A stretch of DNA of 64,000 nt from a candidate division Zixibacteria bacterium CG_4_9_14_3_um_filter_46_8 (lineage in GTDB: Bacteria > Zixibacteria > MSB-5A5 > UM-FILTER-46-8). Positions 9,753 through 19,418 of this stretch are shown piece after piece. The notes beneath the pieces are model-generated. The model searched no databases and was not told the origin of the DNA. It saw only the letters and a list, made by a program, of their open reading frames with translations. Location: NCBI GenBank assembly GCA_002791595.1, contig PFXJ01000092.1:17847-81846 (forward strand), read 5' to 3'. The translations under genes and the position numbers were made by a program. Every line of letters begins with the position of its first letter. The first letter of the stretch is position 1.

Positions 9753-10769
9753 ATGAAGGTTCTTCTTATGTTCCGCAGGAATACGGCTGTATCGGCAGTC
9801 ATCATTATCTCCTTTTTGTTGATAACCGATTTTCCCGAACAGGGAATTGGGTCGGTCGATTCCGAAGCAAAAAAGCGTCATTTTACTTTTTCCTATGAAT
9901 TGAGTATCAGTGATATTCCCCGCGAGGCAAACGACCTGAAAATATGGATTCCGTTTCCGCTGACTGACAGAGATCAAAACATAGAGAATTACCGAATATC
10001 CTCTCAACTTCCGTACTATACATACATCGACCCGGAATATGGGAATAATATCCTTGGTGTCAAATCCACGGGCAAAATCCCTGAGGAAGTGAAGATTAAA
10101 CTCGATTTTGAAGTCACCCGTCGTGAAGCAGGTCCTTTGACTGAAGAGAGAACTGACAACCATGGCGCCGATTTGCGGGAGTTGGGACGGTTCTTGGCAG
10201 CAGACAGATTGGTTCCGATCGATGGAAAAATTGCGGAGGAGGCCAAGCAGGTGATCAGTGATGATATGTCCGGAATTGAAAAAGCACAGGCGGTCTATAA
10301 TCATCTAACACAGGTCATGAGATACGATAAATCCGGGACGGAATGGGGACATGGCGATGCCTTATACGCTTGTGATACTCGAAAAGGCAATTGTACTGAT
10401 ATTCATTCCCTCTTTATAGGGATGATGAGGGCTTGCGGCATTCCCGCCAGGTTTGTAATAGGATTCCCTGTCCCGGAAGAGAGGACTGCGGGCGAAATCC
10501 CTGGGTATCATTGTTGGGCGGAGTTTCACCTGGAGGATAAGGGATGGATCCCGGTGGATATTTCCGAGGCAATCAAACATCCCGAGAAGAAGGAATATTA
10601 TTTCGGCCGGCTTGACCCGAATCGGATCTCTTTCACTGTCGGCCGCGATATACCGCTGGAGGCCGATGCACAATACGGGAGGTTGAATTTTTTTATCTAT
10701 CCGTACATTCTTATCAATGGGAGGCCATTCGATAATGCCGAATATAGTTTTAGTTTCGCTCAAAAATGA
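9753..10769 (+). CDS. Transglutaminase-like cysteine peptidase domain protein, secreted
   Basis: Signal peptide present. The transglutaminase core catalytic triad context is YACDTRKGNCTDIHSLFIGMMRACGIPARFV ... GYHCWAEF ... GWIPVDIS (Cys-His-Asp). Confidence 0.75.
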   Translation: MKVLLMFRRNTAVSAVIIISFLLITDFPEQGIGSVDSEAKKRHFTFSYELSISDIPREANDLKIWIPFPLTDRDQNIENYRISSQLPYYTYIDPEYGNNILGVKSTGKIPEEVKIKLDFEVTRREAGPLTEERTDNHGADLRELGRFLAADRLVPIDGKIAEEAKQVISDDMSGIEKAQAVYNHLTQVMRYDKSGTEWGHGDALYACDTRKGNCTDIHSLFIGMMRACGIPARFVIGFPVPEERTAGEIPGYHCWAEFHLEDKGWIPVDISEAIKHPEKKEYYFGRLDPNRISFTVGRDIPLEADAQYGRLNFFIYPYILINGRPFDNAEYSFSFAQK

Positions 10770-11312
10770 TCCCGGCCTTTCCCCATAGTAGATAGTAGGT
10801 CCAAGACACTGTTGTCCTGACAATAAATGTGTCCATAGCGCAGGGATCTAAACCTTCGATTCTTGGTATTTGCTCGCCAACCCTTAATCGCAAGTATAAG
10901 AAAGCAGGTTTTATATTTCTTTTGCTCGTCAACCTTCTGGGTTGATTGGGCCAAGGTCACCCCTTTTAGATAATTATCAAGATTTTCAGGTCGATTTTCG
11001 TGTAGAAGCATTTCGAAGAATGGTGCGATTGCCTGCGGGGGTTTTGACAATTGAATTCATGCCGACCTGCACTATTAACCCACTAACCCACATCGCCAAA
11101 CGACGGGTCAATCTAACGACTGGCATAATTTTCGAGATTGAATTAAATCAAGTGTGGTACCATATTTACTTTGGCCCCTCCTGCGATATATTTACTGGAA
11201 AAAAGACATTAATCCGCATATATTGCGGCCGCTCTTCAATTCCTTATATTATTGATTGAAAGTCAATGTTTCTGGTGCGATGGTCGCTAATTCAGAGATT
11301 AGGTGCCAAATT

Positions 11313-12431
11313 ATGAAATACTCCGGATCGGGTTTGGCCCTAAGCCAACCCAAAGCCGCGATCCTTAACTCGCGGCAACCCAAAAGGCCTATCGGAACTG
11401 ATTCCTGGATAATCGCCACCATCGAAGCAGTAAAATATTGCGCTCAAAACGGCTTTACTATTCTGACCAGTATAGGGATGAATACGTATGAGATCGTATT
11501 ATACGCCGGTTCAAGATTCGTCTGCCCGATGATAGTTGTCATTGCACCGTCATCGCCCCGAGCAAGCGACATTCGGCATATTGTCAAAGACCATCATCTA
11601 AATGAGGAATCGGTGGGATTTTACATGGCTGATGAATTGGAAACTTTGAAAAAAATAGAATGGCCTGCGCGCGATAAGATAATTATCACTCTATCAGATA
11701 TGATAATCCCAATTTCGATTCGAGAGGGTGGAAATCTTTCCTCCCTTATTGAAGATTACCCCGCTGATAAAGTCGTTATGGAAGAGTTTTTAATCCCCTA
11801 TAACTCAAACCAGCGGACATTGAAGCAGGATTATTCTCGACTGAAAATAGCGGGATGGGCACAAGATAAGCAGTGGGATTTCCTAATTCATTGGACAAAG
11901 TCGTCAAATGGCCCCTGGCCTGGCGAAACCACTTACGATTATTATGATGCCGTAGTAAATTCAGAATCGTATGCGCGCTCGGGGAAGGAAACCCTCTGCC
12001 GTATTTTGAAAGAGAAGAAACTTAGAGCGTCCAACAAACATCTTCATAAAGGAATTATGGCTGTGGCTTTCTCGGGATTGATGCCAGCCGATGCGGTTCC
12101 GCTTATGAAATGGCGTGCCAGATATATGAATATGAGTTTTGAGCCTTATGGGATCGCCATCCACAATTCAATTTCGGGGGAGTTGGGAATCCAAAAAGTC
12201 CTTTACGGAAGCCCCGACATTTACGAGACATTGCAGGATGAAGATAAAACTTATTTCCATTCGCTGGGGAAAATCGGCGATTGGATGCCGGAAAAGGAAT
12301 TCCGATTCATCGGGGATTTTGAGTTGGGGAAAATTCCCACCGATAAAATCAGGGTGATAGTCAAGAACAGCAGTGAAGTCCCGGAAGTTCAAAGATATAC
12401 GGAGTCCCAAGTCCTGGCTCTTTTTGAATGA
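11313..12431 (+). CDS. Hypothetical two-domain protein: N-terminal Rossmann-like region, C-terminal domain unknown
   Basis: Start chosen at the ATG with an upstream AGGTG. The N-terminal 120 aa (PIGTDSWIIATIEAVKYCAQNGFTILTSIGMNTYEIVLYAGSRFVCPMIVVIA) resembles a SLOG/DprA-like nucleotide-binding fold. The C-terminal 230 aa has no motif I recognise. About 540 bp of non-coding DNA lies upstream. Confidence 0.5.
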   Translation: MKYSGSGLALSQPKAAILNSRQPKRPIGTDSWIIATIEAVKYCAQNGFTILTSIGMNTYEIVLYAGSRFVCPMIVVIAPSSPRASDIRHIVKDHHLNEESVGFYMADELETLKKIEWPARDKIIITLSDMIIPISIREGGNLSSLIEDYPADKVVMEEFLIPYNSNQRTLKQDYSRLKIAGWAQDKQWDFLIHWTKSSNGPWPGETTYDYYDAVVNSESYARSGKETLCRILKEKKLRASNKHLHKGIMAVAFSGLMPADAVPLMKWRARYMNMSFEPYGIAIHNSISGELGIQKVLYGSPDIYETLQDEDKTYFHSLGKIGDWMPEKEFRFIGDFELGKIPTDKIRVIVKNSSEVPEVQRYTESQVLALFE

Positions 12432-12472
12432 TGAGTCGATTTTGATCTTGTTATTGAAGAGGAGGAATTCTA

Positions 12473-13036
12473 ATGCTAAGAACCGTTTTCACGCTTGTTG
12501 TTTCCATTATGGCGCTGGTATCCAAAGGTATTGCTGGCGAAAATGAGATTGTTAAAAAGAAAATGGAGGTCAAAATGAATTTGGAGATTAAGTCATCCGC
12601 CTTTATTAACGGTGCGGCCATCCCGAAAAAACATACTTGCGATGGAGAAGATGTTTCGCCGTCCTTGTCATGGGATAAGATTCCCGCAGGCACAAAGAGT
12701 TGGGCATTAATCTGTGATGATCCCGATGCCCCGGTAGGCACCTGGGTTCACTGGGTGATTTATTGCATTCCGCCGGAGACAAAATCGTTGCCCGAAGCGA
12801 TCGCCAAAAATCAAGTTGTCTTTAAGAGCGCCAAGCAAGGCAAAACCGATTTTGGAAAAATCGGCTATGGGGGCCCGTGTCCTCCGAAAGGAAAACCGCA
12901 TCGATATTTCTTCAAACTCTATGCGCTTGATTTTATGCCTGATTGGCCGGCAGGCCGCACCAAAGCCGAAGTTATGAAAGGTATCGAAGGACATATCTTG
13001 GCTCAGGGCGAATTAATCGGCAAATATGGGCGATGA
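12473..13036 (+). CDS. YbhB/YbcL family phosphatidylethanolamine-binding (PEBP/Raf-kinase-inhibitor-like) protein, secreted
   Basis: Signal peptide present. PEBP signatures CDDPDAPVGTWVHWVIY and GYGGPCPPKGKPHRYFFKLYALD. A GAGGAGG RBS lies upstream. Confidence 0.85.
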   Translation: MLRTVFTLVVSIMALVSKGIAGENEIVKKKMEVKMNLEIKSSAFINGAAIPKKHTCDGEDVSPSLSWDKIPAGTKSWALICDDPDAPVGTWVHWVIYCIPPETKSLPEAIAKNQVVFKSAKQGKTDFGKIGYGGPCPPKGKPHRYFFKLYALDFMPDWPAGRTKAEVMKGIEGHILAQGELIGKYGR

Positions 13037-13075
13037 TTTTCGCATTCTCAGGATCGCGTCGAATGCCATCAGCCA

Positions 13076-14032
13076 TCATCTATTTTTTATTAGTTCCAGT
13101 TGCCGTCGAGCTTCTTCCACGGCGATCTCATATATCGGTGAAGCCAGCTCCAGGAAGCGGTCATAATTTTGGGCAGCGGAATCGAAATCGCCCAGGCTCT
13201 CTTCCACTTGGGCTAATCGATAATAACATTCGGCTTCAGCGGGTTGGAGCTTGATGGTGAATTCGAACTTGTCGTGAGCCGCGCCGAGTTCGCCATTGAG
13301 TTGATAGGCATTGGCCAGATTATAGTTAAGGCGATAATTTTCGGGGTCCAGCGCCAGTCCGGAAATAAATACGCCTATTGCCAAATCAAAATTCCCGGTC
13401 ATGCAGTAGGCGACTCCCAGGTTGGTGATAATATCGGTGTCGGCCGTGTCGAGACAGTGGGCTTTCAAGTAGCATTTGATGGCCTCTTCGTACATCTGTC
13501 GATCATCATAAGTTATTCCGAGATTGAAATAAGCGGTGGCTGATGCGCTGTCTAATTCGATAGCTTTCTGAAAATGAACCGCGGCAGATTCGGGCATGGC
13601 AATAGCATCAAATATCGATCCAATTGAAAGATGGGCTTGCGATTGTAAGTAAAGATCCGATTTGCCTTCGATAGCGAGGTAATAGGCATCCAAAGCTGAT
13701 GGGAAATTATTCTGCATCTCAAATGCCAACCCGATATAATAATGCAATCCTACCAACTGCGGATTGTATTCTTCCGCAAAATAAAACTCAGATAACGCCT
13801 GATTATATTTTTGTTGTGATAGATATAACTGGCCCAATGCAAAATAGCACTGGGCACAATCCGGTTTGACTCCAATTGCAGTCTTATAGAGGCCCTCCTG
13901 AATAGCAGGTTCGGATGAAGATGAAGCCTGTCTTAGACAAATCAGACTGCTGTCAAGTGCGGTTTGTCCTAATGCTCCCAACGGCGCAATCAGCATTAGC
14001 ACCATAATATACAGTATTGAAATCCATTTCAT
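13076..14032 (-). CDS. Tetratricopeptide (TPR) repeat protein, secreted
   Basis: Signal peptide followed by about seven TPR-like 34-aa repeats (A..Y..LG..Y...Y..A...F..A). Convergent with the upstream PEBP gene. Confidence 0.8.
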   Translation of the reverse strand: MKWISILYIMVLMLIAPLGALGQTALDSSLICLRQASSSSEPAIQEGLYKTAIGVKPDCAQCYFALGQLYLSQQKYNQALSEFYFAEEYNPQLVGLHYYIGLAFEMQNNFPSALDAYYLAIEGKSDLYLQSQAHLSIGSIFDAIAMPESAAVHFQKAIELDSASATAYFNLGITYDDRQMYEEAIKCYLKAHCLDTADTDIITNLGVAYCMTGNFDLAIGVFISGLALDPENYRLNYNLANAYQLNGELGAAHDKFEFTIKLQPAEAECYYRLAQVEESLGDFDSAAQNYDRFLELASPIYEIAVEEARRQLELIKNR

Positions 14033-14135
14033 CGATGCTCCCTCCTCTGATACCTTTATTATCGGTGAAATGTCCCCTCAATGTAGAAACTGCCCCGCCA
14101 TCATTTCAAATTGCAATGCTCGATTAAAGGAAGGC

Positions 14136-15818
14136 TTATTTTATCAAGGCCATTCTGCCTATTAATATCCTCTCTTGGCAGGCAAGCCGATAATAATAAA
14201 TGCCGGAAGGCAGAGCGTTCCCGTTCCAGCCAATGGTATTATCCCCCCTCGTCAGGAAATGGCTGGAAGAGCTGATTAATTTCCCTTGAAGATTATAGAC
14301 ATTTAGAATAGCGGTGGCAGATAGGGGGGAATGAAGAATGATATTAGTCTGGGCATTAAACGGGTTGGGGTAATTACCGATAATAGCGAATTCCCCCGGC
14401 AAACTTTCGGTTAAGTCATTGACACCGGTCAGAGTATCGACAAAGGCGGAATAAAGGAATGGCTGGTTATTGGCCGACGATAGCAACGTTACGATCAAAA
14501 TCACACTATCAACTGGACTGCCGAAGTCAATCGTGAGCGATCCCAAACCATTTTGGTCACATATTACCGAATCATAACTCGCGATCCCGCTTTCACCAAA
14601 GACAATGGCATCCATCGCCCAATTCAGTTCCGGCTCCCCTTTCATTTCAAAGCGAATATTATCCGTATATACCTCGAGGTTTTTGAAGGCGATATAGTTG
14701 CTCCCGATGCCGGAAGGTGCTTTGATGGTAGTTTGGTCATATACAGGTAGAGTCGAATGAGTCCTCATTATGGAAATCGGCGGATAATTGGAGCCCTCTT
14801 CGAAATGTAAACTGTCGTCCTGCAGGCCAGTGAAGTAATTCCAGACCATAAAGCGGCGATATTCGGACCACAGCGAACTTTCATTTAAGTAAAAATAGGC
14901 ATCGAGAACTTCATCGACCGCGTTTATGACCGTCCCTTCCCAGATATTGCGCATGGCATCTATGCCGAAATTTTGATAAATATACTGGGGCCAGACAAAC
15001 ATCCCGTACTCATGGGCGCCGTTTTCGGTGCTGTGGGCATAATGAGGGTAATTATAAAAATCATAGAGGTAATTGTAGTTGTCATTCACAGCATCATAGA
15101 GGATATCTTCCGACCAGGTGGAACTGTTTTCCATAAACCAGGCATCAGCCCAGACATTGTAGGAAAATTGTACGGCATGATAAAACTCATGAACCACGGT
15201 AACCTTTAGGGGCTCGGTTCTATCGGGATACCCGAAACCGCTATAACTGGGATCTACATAAATATAGCTGGTATATGAATAGGGTCGGTCGGGATATTGG
15301 CTTGACGGGCTTTCGGGCCAGGCCACCCCATAAGTTCCGAAATAGTGATGCATATATGCATCATATAAGCCATCGCCGCCTCCATTTACGCCATCAGATG
15401 GCGGCATCGTATACCCCAACGTATCAAATAGGGCCCATGATTCTTCGAAAAACTCCCCACAGCGATTGACAAAATCGGGATGACCATCGGCAGGAAGAGT
15501 ATCGGTGGTTGCCTGATAGACCGCATCGCCGCCGGTGGTATCATAATGAATCCTGAAATGCCCTTCCGGTGTGTCATAATATTTTTGCATATTGACACGA
15601 GAGAGCAACGTGCCGAAATCGAATGAATAATTATCTCCTCGATTGATCTCCGGAATAGACTGCATCAGAGGAATAAGGCCGCATTTGGTTTGGGAATTGT
15701 TGTTAATTGAACAATGTGCGATTTGAAAGGGAAGAAGAGCAACTAACAAAACAAAAATACAGAGTTTCGATACCATTATTCGATAAAACATGCTTTTTGC
15801 CATTTTCCGCCTCCGCAA
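14136..15818 (-). CDS. Secreted zinc metallopeptidase (HExxH gluzincin-like) with a T9SS C-terminal sorting domain
   Basis: Signal peptide present. VTVVHEFYHAVQ carries the HExxH motif, with a glutamate 20-26 aa downstream (ENSSTWSE). The C-terminus IGNYPNPFNAQTNIIL...GIYYYRL is a T9SS CTD. Confidence 0.7.
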   Translation of the reverse strand: MRRRKMAKSMFYRIMVSKLCIFVLLVALLPFQIAHCSINNNSQTKCGLIPLMQSIPEINRGDNYSFDFGTLLSRVNMQKYYDTPEGHFRIHYDTTGGDAVYQATTDTLPADGHPDFVNRCGEFFEESWALFDTLGYTMPPSDGVNGGGDGLYDAYMHHYFGTYGVAWPESPSSQYPDRPYSYTSYIYVDPSYSGFGYPDRTEPLKVTVVHEFYHAVQFSYNVWADAWFMENSSTWSEDILYDAVNDNYNYLYDFYNYPHYAHSTENGAHEYGMFVWPQYIYQNFGIDAMRNIWEGTVINAVDEVLDAYFYLNESSLWSEYRRFMVWNYFTGLQDDSLHFEEGSNYPPISIMRTHSTLPVYDQTTIKAPSGIGSNYIAFKNLEVYTDNIRFEMKGEPELNWAMDAIVFGESGIASYDSVICDQNGLGSLTIDFGSPVDSVILIVTLLSSANNQPFLYSAFVDTLTGVNDLTESLPGEFAIIGNYPNPFNAQTNIILHSPLSATAILNVYNLQGKLISSSSHFLTRGDNTIGWNGNALPSGIYYYRLACQERILIGRMALIK

Positions 15819-15994
15819 AAGGGAATAAGTGCTTCTTGATAAAGAAATGATTAATGGAAACTATTGGCAAGATATATTTTCGTATGTCAAGTGGCTGAGA
15901 CACCCAATGGAAAATTGAGACTCCCATTAAGGCTACCCGGTGCACAGAGATGGCTGATGCCTTAATTAGCAGTCCATTCCTAGTCCCCTCTGCA

Positions 15995-16240
15995 GAGAGT
16001 GTTGAAAAAGTCAGGAAACCCGAAAAACGATCTTTACCTTCTCCCGCTTCGTCGGGAGAAGCTTGCCCGTCTGTGGAGGGGTGTCCCGACTTGTCGGGAA
16101 GGGAGAGGGTGTAACCCTAAGCTCCCTTATCCTCCGACTCCTTCTCCCAGTTAATGGGAGAAGGAGAGAAAGAAAAGATATTTTTGAAGCGCGTTCTTTT
16201 TCATGGTAGCCCAGCTTTTTCAACAAGCCCTTCCGCGGGA
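15995..16240 (+). repeat. Copy A of a ~250-bp repeat family with terminal inverted repeats and conserved internal hairpins (MITE-like or structured RNA)
   Basis: By my by-eye alignment it is near-identical over the conserved segments to 52670-52920 (same orientation) and to 44620-44850 (inverted). Flanking TIR is TTGAAAAAG(C/T)CAGG ... CTTTTTCAA. Internal hairpins are CTTCTCCCG-CTTCG-TCGGGAGAAG and CTCCTTCTCCCA-RTTAA-TGGGAGAAGGAG. Confidence 0.75.
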
Positions 16241-16316
16241 ATGACATGTGGAGGAAGTCCGGAAGCCACTTATTCAACAATCCCTCAAGAGGGGACTATA
16301 ATTAATAATTCCGTGC

Positions 16317-19300
16317 TTAGAATTCCGCCCCGAAAGAGAAATAATGTCGTGGTTTTTCGGAGATGCCGTTCCAATCGGTGCGCCAGGCGGCGTCATATTT
16401 AAGGACAAATATCCCCAGATTGGCGCGGGCGCCGAAACCAAATCCGGCTTTCAAATCATTAAGGCGAGTGGTGCCATTGACAGTCTTAACGCCGCGGAAT
16501 CCTTCATCTTCAAACCAGGTCGCTCCCATATCGTAAAACCACACGCCATTCACGTAGGAAATGGTCATCGGCAGAGGGAATTTCATCTTGAAATATTCGA
16601 TAAAAGGATAGCGGAATTCGAGGTTCATCAGGGCGTAATGGTCGCCGGTGGTTTCGTAATAATTGTAGCCGCGAAGCGGGGTAACCAGACTTCCGAAGTA
16701 GATATCGCGGATGCCATAAATATCGTTGCGCTCGGTTTTCCGCCCGATCCAATTGGCAGTTCCGCCCAGAAAGAACTCCTGCGGTGTCTTACCGAAGGAT
16801 GCCCCGCCGGAAAATCTGGTAGCCAGCAGGTATCTGGTGTTGATATTAAGATACTTTCGATAGTCAAATTCCGTTGTTTGGAAATCCAGATTGGAATCAA
16901 ATAATTTATTTATGGACTGACGGTAATGAAGCGCATATCGATGGCCATTAACCGGGCCGGTTATGCCCCAAAGGACGGTGTCATTTATCAATGATAATGA
17001 GGTTTCAAAAGCGCGTTTATCACTATCATCAAATGGCGGGTCATGATATTTCCTGCCGATGGAGAGATGCAAGGCTGACAATTCCAAGCGGGTGAACTTG
17101 GAAAATGGCCAACTGGCGGAAACCACTCCCCCGTAGATACGGTCGCTGAAAAGGCGATCCAGCGGATCGATATAGTAGTTTTGGCTGTGGAACAGCCCAA
17201 TTCCATAGTCAATCCTGTGGGCGGTGTAAAAATAATAAGCTTCGACATTTAGCTGGTCAAGGAAGTTTCCGAGGTTGGTGCTGATAAACAGATTATGATT
17301 TCCGAATATATCCGAAAAAGCAAAAAATGATTGACCAGAAAATCCATAATAGGTGTCGTAGCCAAGGTCTCCGGCAACATAATCCGGGGTGAATTTGAGC
17401 TTATATTTTTTCTTGATGAAATTACCCTCGGAATCTTTATAAACCGGAATGGAATCTTGATTGGCGGAACTCGTGGTCTTAGTGGTATCGGCGATCTCAG
17501 GATATTCAGAGTCGATATGTTCTTTACCCACGGAAAAGACATAATCGCTAAAATCAGGAGTTGATTTCTCGGCGGATTTAACGCTATCAGCAGGGCTTTC
17601 AGCAGGAGGGGGAACCGGCACAAAAATGGATTTGGGGTCCTTGGCCACGAAAGGTGTTGGCGCAAGTCCGTTGCCATCGGTTTCTATCGGCTTGATTTTC
17701 TTCATCAAGAAAATATCGAAACCTGCCTTTTGAAAACCCGAAAATGCAATTTGATCGCCATCGGGCGACCATGCCGGAGAAAAACACCCTGATAAGGCAT
17801 TTGTTATGGGATAGACTTTTCCGTCAGGAAGTTCCTTTATGTAAAGATTATATATCCCATTCCTATCAGACACGAAGCAGAGATGGCCGCCATCGGGCGA
17901 AATCGCCGGATCGGTGTTTATGCCGGTGGTGTCAGTGATAGCGGTAATGGAATGCTCCGGGATGTCCATTTTGAATATATTATAGGTTCCATAGGTAAAA
18001 GCTGTATCGTCCTCTGCTGGATGACTTGGGCGATCCGACGAGAAGATGATACCGCCGCCATCCGCCATAAAATCGGGCTCTTTATCATCATAGAGATCGT
18101 CGGTCAATGCTGTGGCCGTCCCTGTCTTGAAATCTGCCAGATATAAATCGGATTTACCATTTTTCGTAGCTGAAAAGACAATGGAATTTCCGTCGGGAGA
18201 GAAGTCCGGCGATGAGATGCTATCAAATTTGAATTTGAATTTGTCGGAGATTTTCTTCTTGCGGACATTCATGGTCATTAATTTGTCGTAGCCATGGCTC
18301 TTGGATACAAATGCGATATTTTTGCCATCCGAGGACCACGACAGCCCGGATTGATAAGCGTGGAATGACTCGAATTGAGCCGATTGCGCCCCGCGCAAGA
18401 GCCGTTCGATTATGGCCCCATCGATGGTTGAGATAATCAGGATTTCCGGATAGGAGGATCTATCGGAGAAAAAAGCAAGCCTATCACCCGATGGGGCGAA
18501 TTCCGGTTTTTCGTTGTAAAATGAATTGTCTTTTTCGTGATCGGTAAGAGGTTTGGCGATATCTTTTGGCTCGGTGCGGATTGCTATTTCAGGCCAGTAC
18601 TCCTTGCGCATAGCCAGCATCCATTCCTTTTCGAATTCCTCAGTGGTTTTTCCGATGGAGGCTTTCAGGGCCTTATCAATTGTCAGGTGCAGCTTCCCTT
18701 TGGCCAGAACTTCAGTGATTTTCTCCTCGCCATACTTTTCGACCAGATATGCAATTGCCGACTGGCCTTCCTTATAGACCAAAAATCCTCCCGCCCATTC
18801 GAGGGGTGCGAGGTAACCATTTATGGTGGCATCGCGCATATACATATCGGAAAATGTGTCCCAGCCATGACGGGACGAATACTCCGCATATCCTTCAGAA
18901 AACCAAAGGGGAAGACGGAATAGATACTGGCGGGAAATCAGCGAGCTGAGCGTATTGCCGTAAAGCATATCGAAAATCAGGGCGTGAGTAAGCTCGTGAT
19001 GAAGGACATGCCGAAAATCCTCATAAGAACCACTAAAGGGAATGACCACTCGATTCTTGAAGGCCTCAGTAAATCCCCCCACTCCTTCCTCAATCAAACT
19101 GCCTATTACATTGGTTTGTTGAAATTCATTATGGGAGCAATAAACGATAACCGGGACCCTTTTTTTCAGATCGTAATTCAGCTCTTTGCGTATTTTGTCA
19201 TAAGCGTCCTCAAGAACATCGACGGCAAATGTAGCCAATGGTTGGGCGTCGCGGTAGAAATAGACATCGAAATCCTCGCTTTGGATATAATACCAGTCGA

Positions 19301-19418
19301 AGGTTTTATACTGAACCTTGTTCTTCCCGAAATATTGCTGTTCCTGGGAAAAGGCAGAGTCGTATAAGATGATAAGGAACAGGAACAGGAAGATGGCTGA
19401 AAGTCGTTTTGATATCAA
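16317..19418 (-). CDS. Large outer-membrane protein: N-terminal HExxH peptidase-like domain, TolB-like (PD40) beta-propeller repeats, C-terminal beta-barrel
   Basis: Signal peptide present. HELTHALIFD carries the HExxH motif. There are multiple PD40-type repeats (SPDG....F.S.R.G...LY). The C-terminal ~350 aa is rich in alternating aromatic residues and ends ...FSFGAEF, a terminal Phe typical of an OMP beta-signal. Confidence 0.7.
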   Translation of the reverse strand: MISKRLSAIFLFLFLIILYDSAFSQEQQYFGKNKVQYKTFDWYYIQSEDFDVYFYRDAQPLATFAVDVLEDAYDKIRKELNYDLKKRVPVIVYCSHNEFQQTNVIGSLIEEGVGGFTEAFKNRVVIPFSGSYEDFRHVLHHELTHALIFDMLYGNTLSSLISRQYLFRLPLWFSEGYAEYSSRHGWDTFSDMYMRDATINGYLAPLEWAGGFLVYKEGQSAIAYLVEKYGEEKITEVLAKGKLHLTIDKALKASIGKTTEEFEKEWMLAMRKEYWPEIAIRTEPKDIAKPLTDHEKDNSFYNEKPEFAPSGDRLAFFSDRSSYPEILIISTIDGAIIERLLRGAQSAQFESFHAYQSGLSWSSDGKNIAFVSKSHGYDKLMTMNVRKKKISDKFKFKFDSISSPDFSPDGNSIVFSATKNGKSDLYLADFKTGTATALTDDLYDDKEPDFMADGGGIIFSSDRPSHPAEDDTAFTYGTYNIFKMDIPEHSITAITDTTGINTDPAISPDGGHLCFVSDRNGIYNLYIKELPDGKVYPITNALSGCFSPAWSPDGDQIAFSGFQKAGFDIFLMKKIKPIETDGNGLAPTPFVAKDPKSIFVPVPPPAESPADSVKSAEKSTPDFSDYVFSVGKEHIDSEYPEIADTTKTTSSANQDSIPVYKDSEGNFIKKKYKLKFTPDYVAGDLGYDTYYGFSGQSFFAFSDIFGNHNLFISTNLGNFLDQLNVEAYYFYTAHRIDYGIGLFHSQNYYIDPLDRLFSDRIYGGVVSASWPFSKFTRLELSALHLSIGRKYHDPPFDDSDKRAFETSLSLINDTVLWGITGPVNGHRYALHYRQSINKLFDSNLDFQTTEFDYRKYLNINTRYLLATRFSGGASFGKTPQEFFLGGTANWIGRKTERNDIYGIRDIYFGSLVTPLRGYNYYETTGDHYALMNLEFRYPFIEYFKMKFPLPMTISYVNGVWFYDMGATWFEDEGFRGVKTVNGTTRLNDLKAGFGFGARANLGIFVLKYDAAWRTDWNGISEKPRHYFSFGAEF

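Noticed and set aside
10942-11259. 105-aa ORF in the long gap upstream of the 11313 gene
   Set aside because: No RBS, no recognisable motif, and amino-acid composition untypical of a folded protein. I left it uncalled, and the region is flagged as non-coding instead.
16011-16280. ORFs inside the repeat copies (16011-16280 minus, 44626-44808 plus, the 5' part of 52766-53161 minus) considered as protein-coding genes
   Set aside because: They coincide exactly with a dispersed structured repeat. The amino-acid conservation follows from nucleotide identity. There is no RBS or start-context support. I report it only as a hypothesis under findings.
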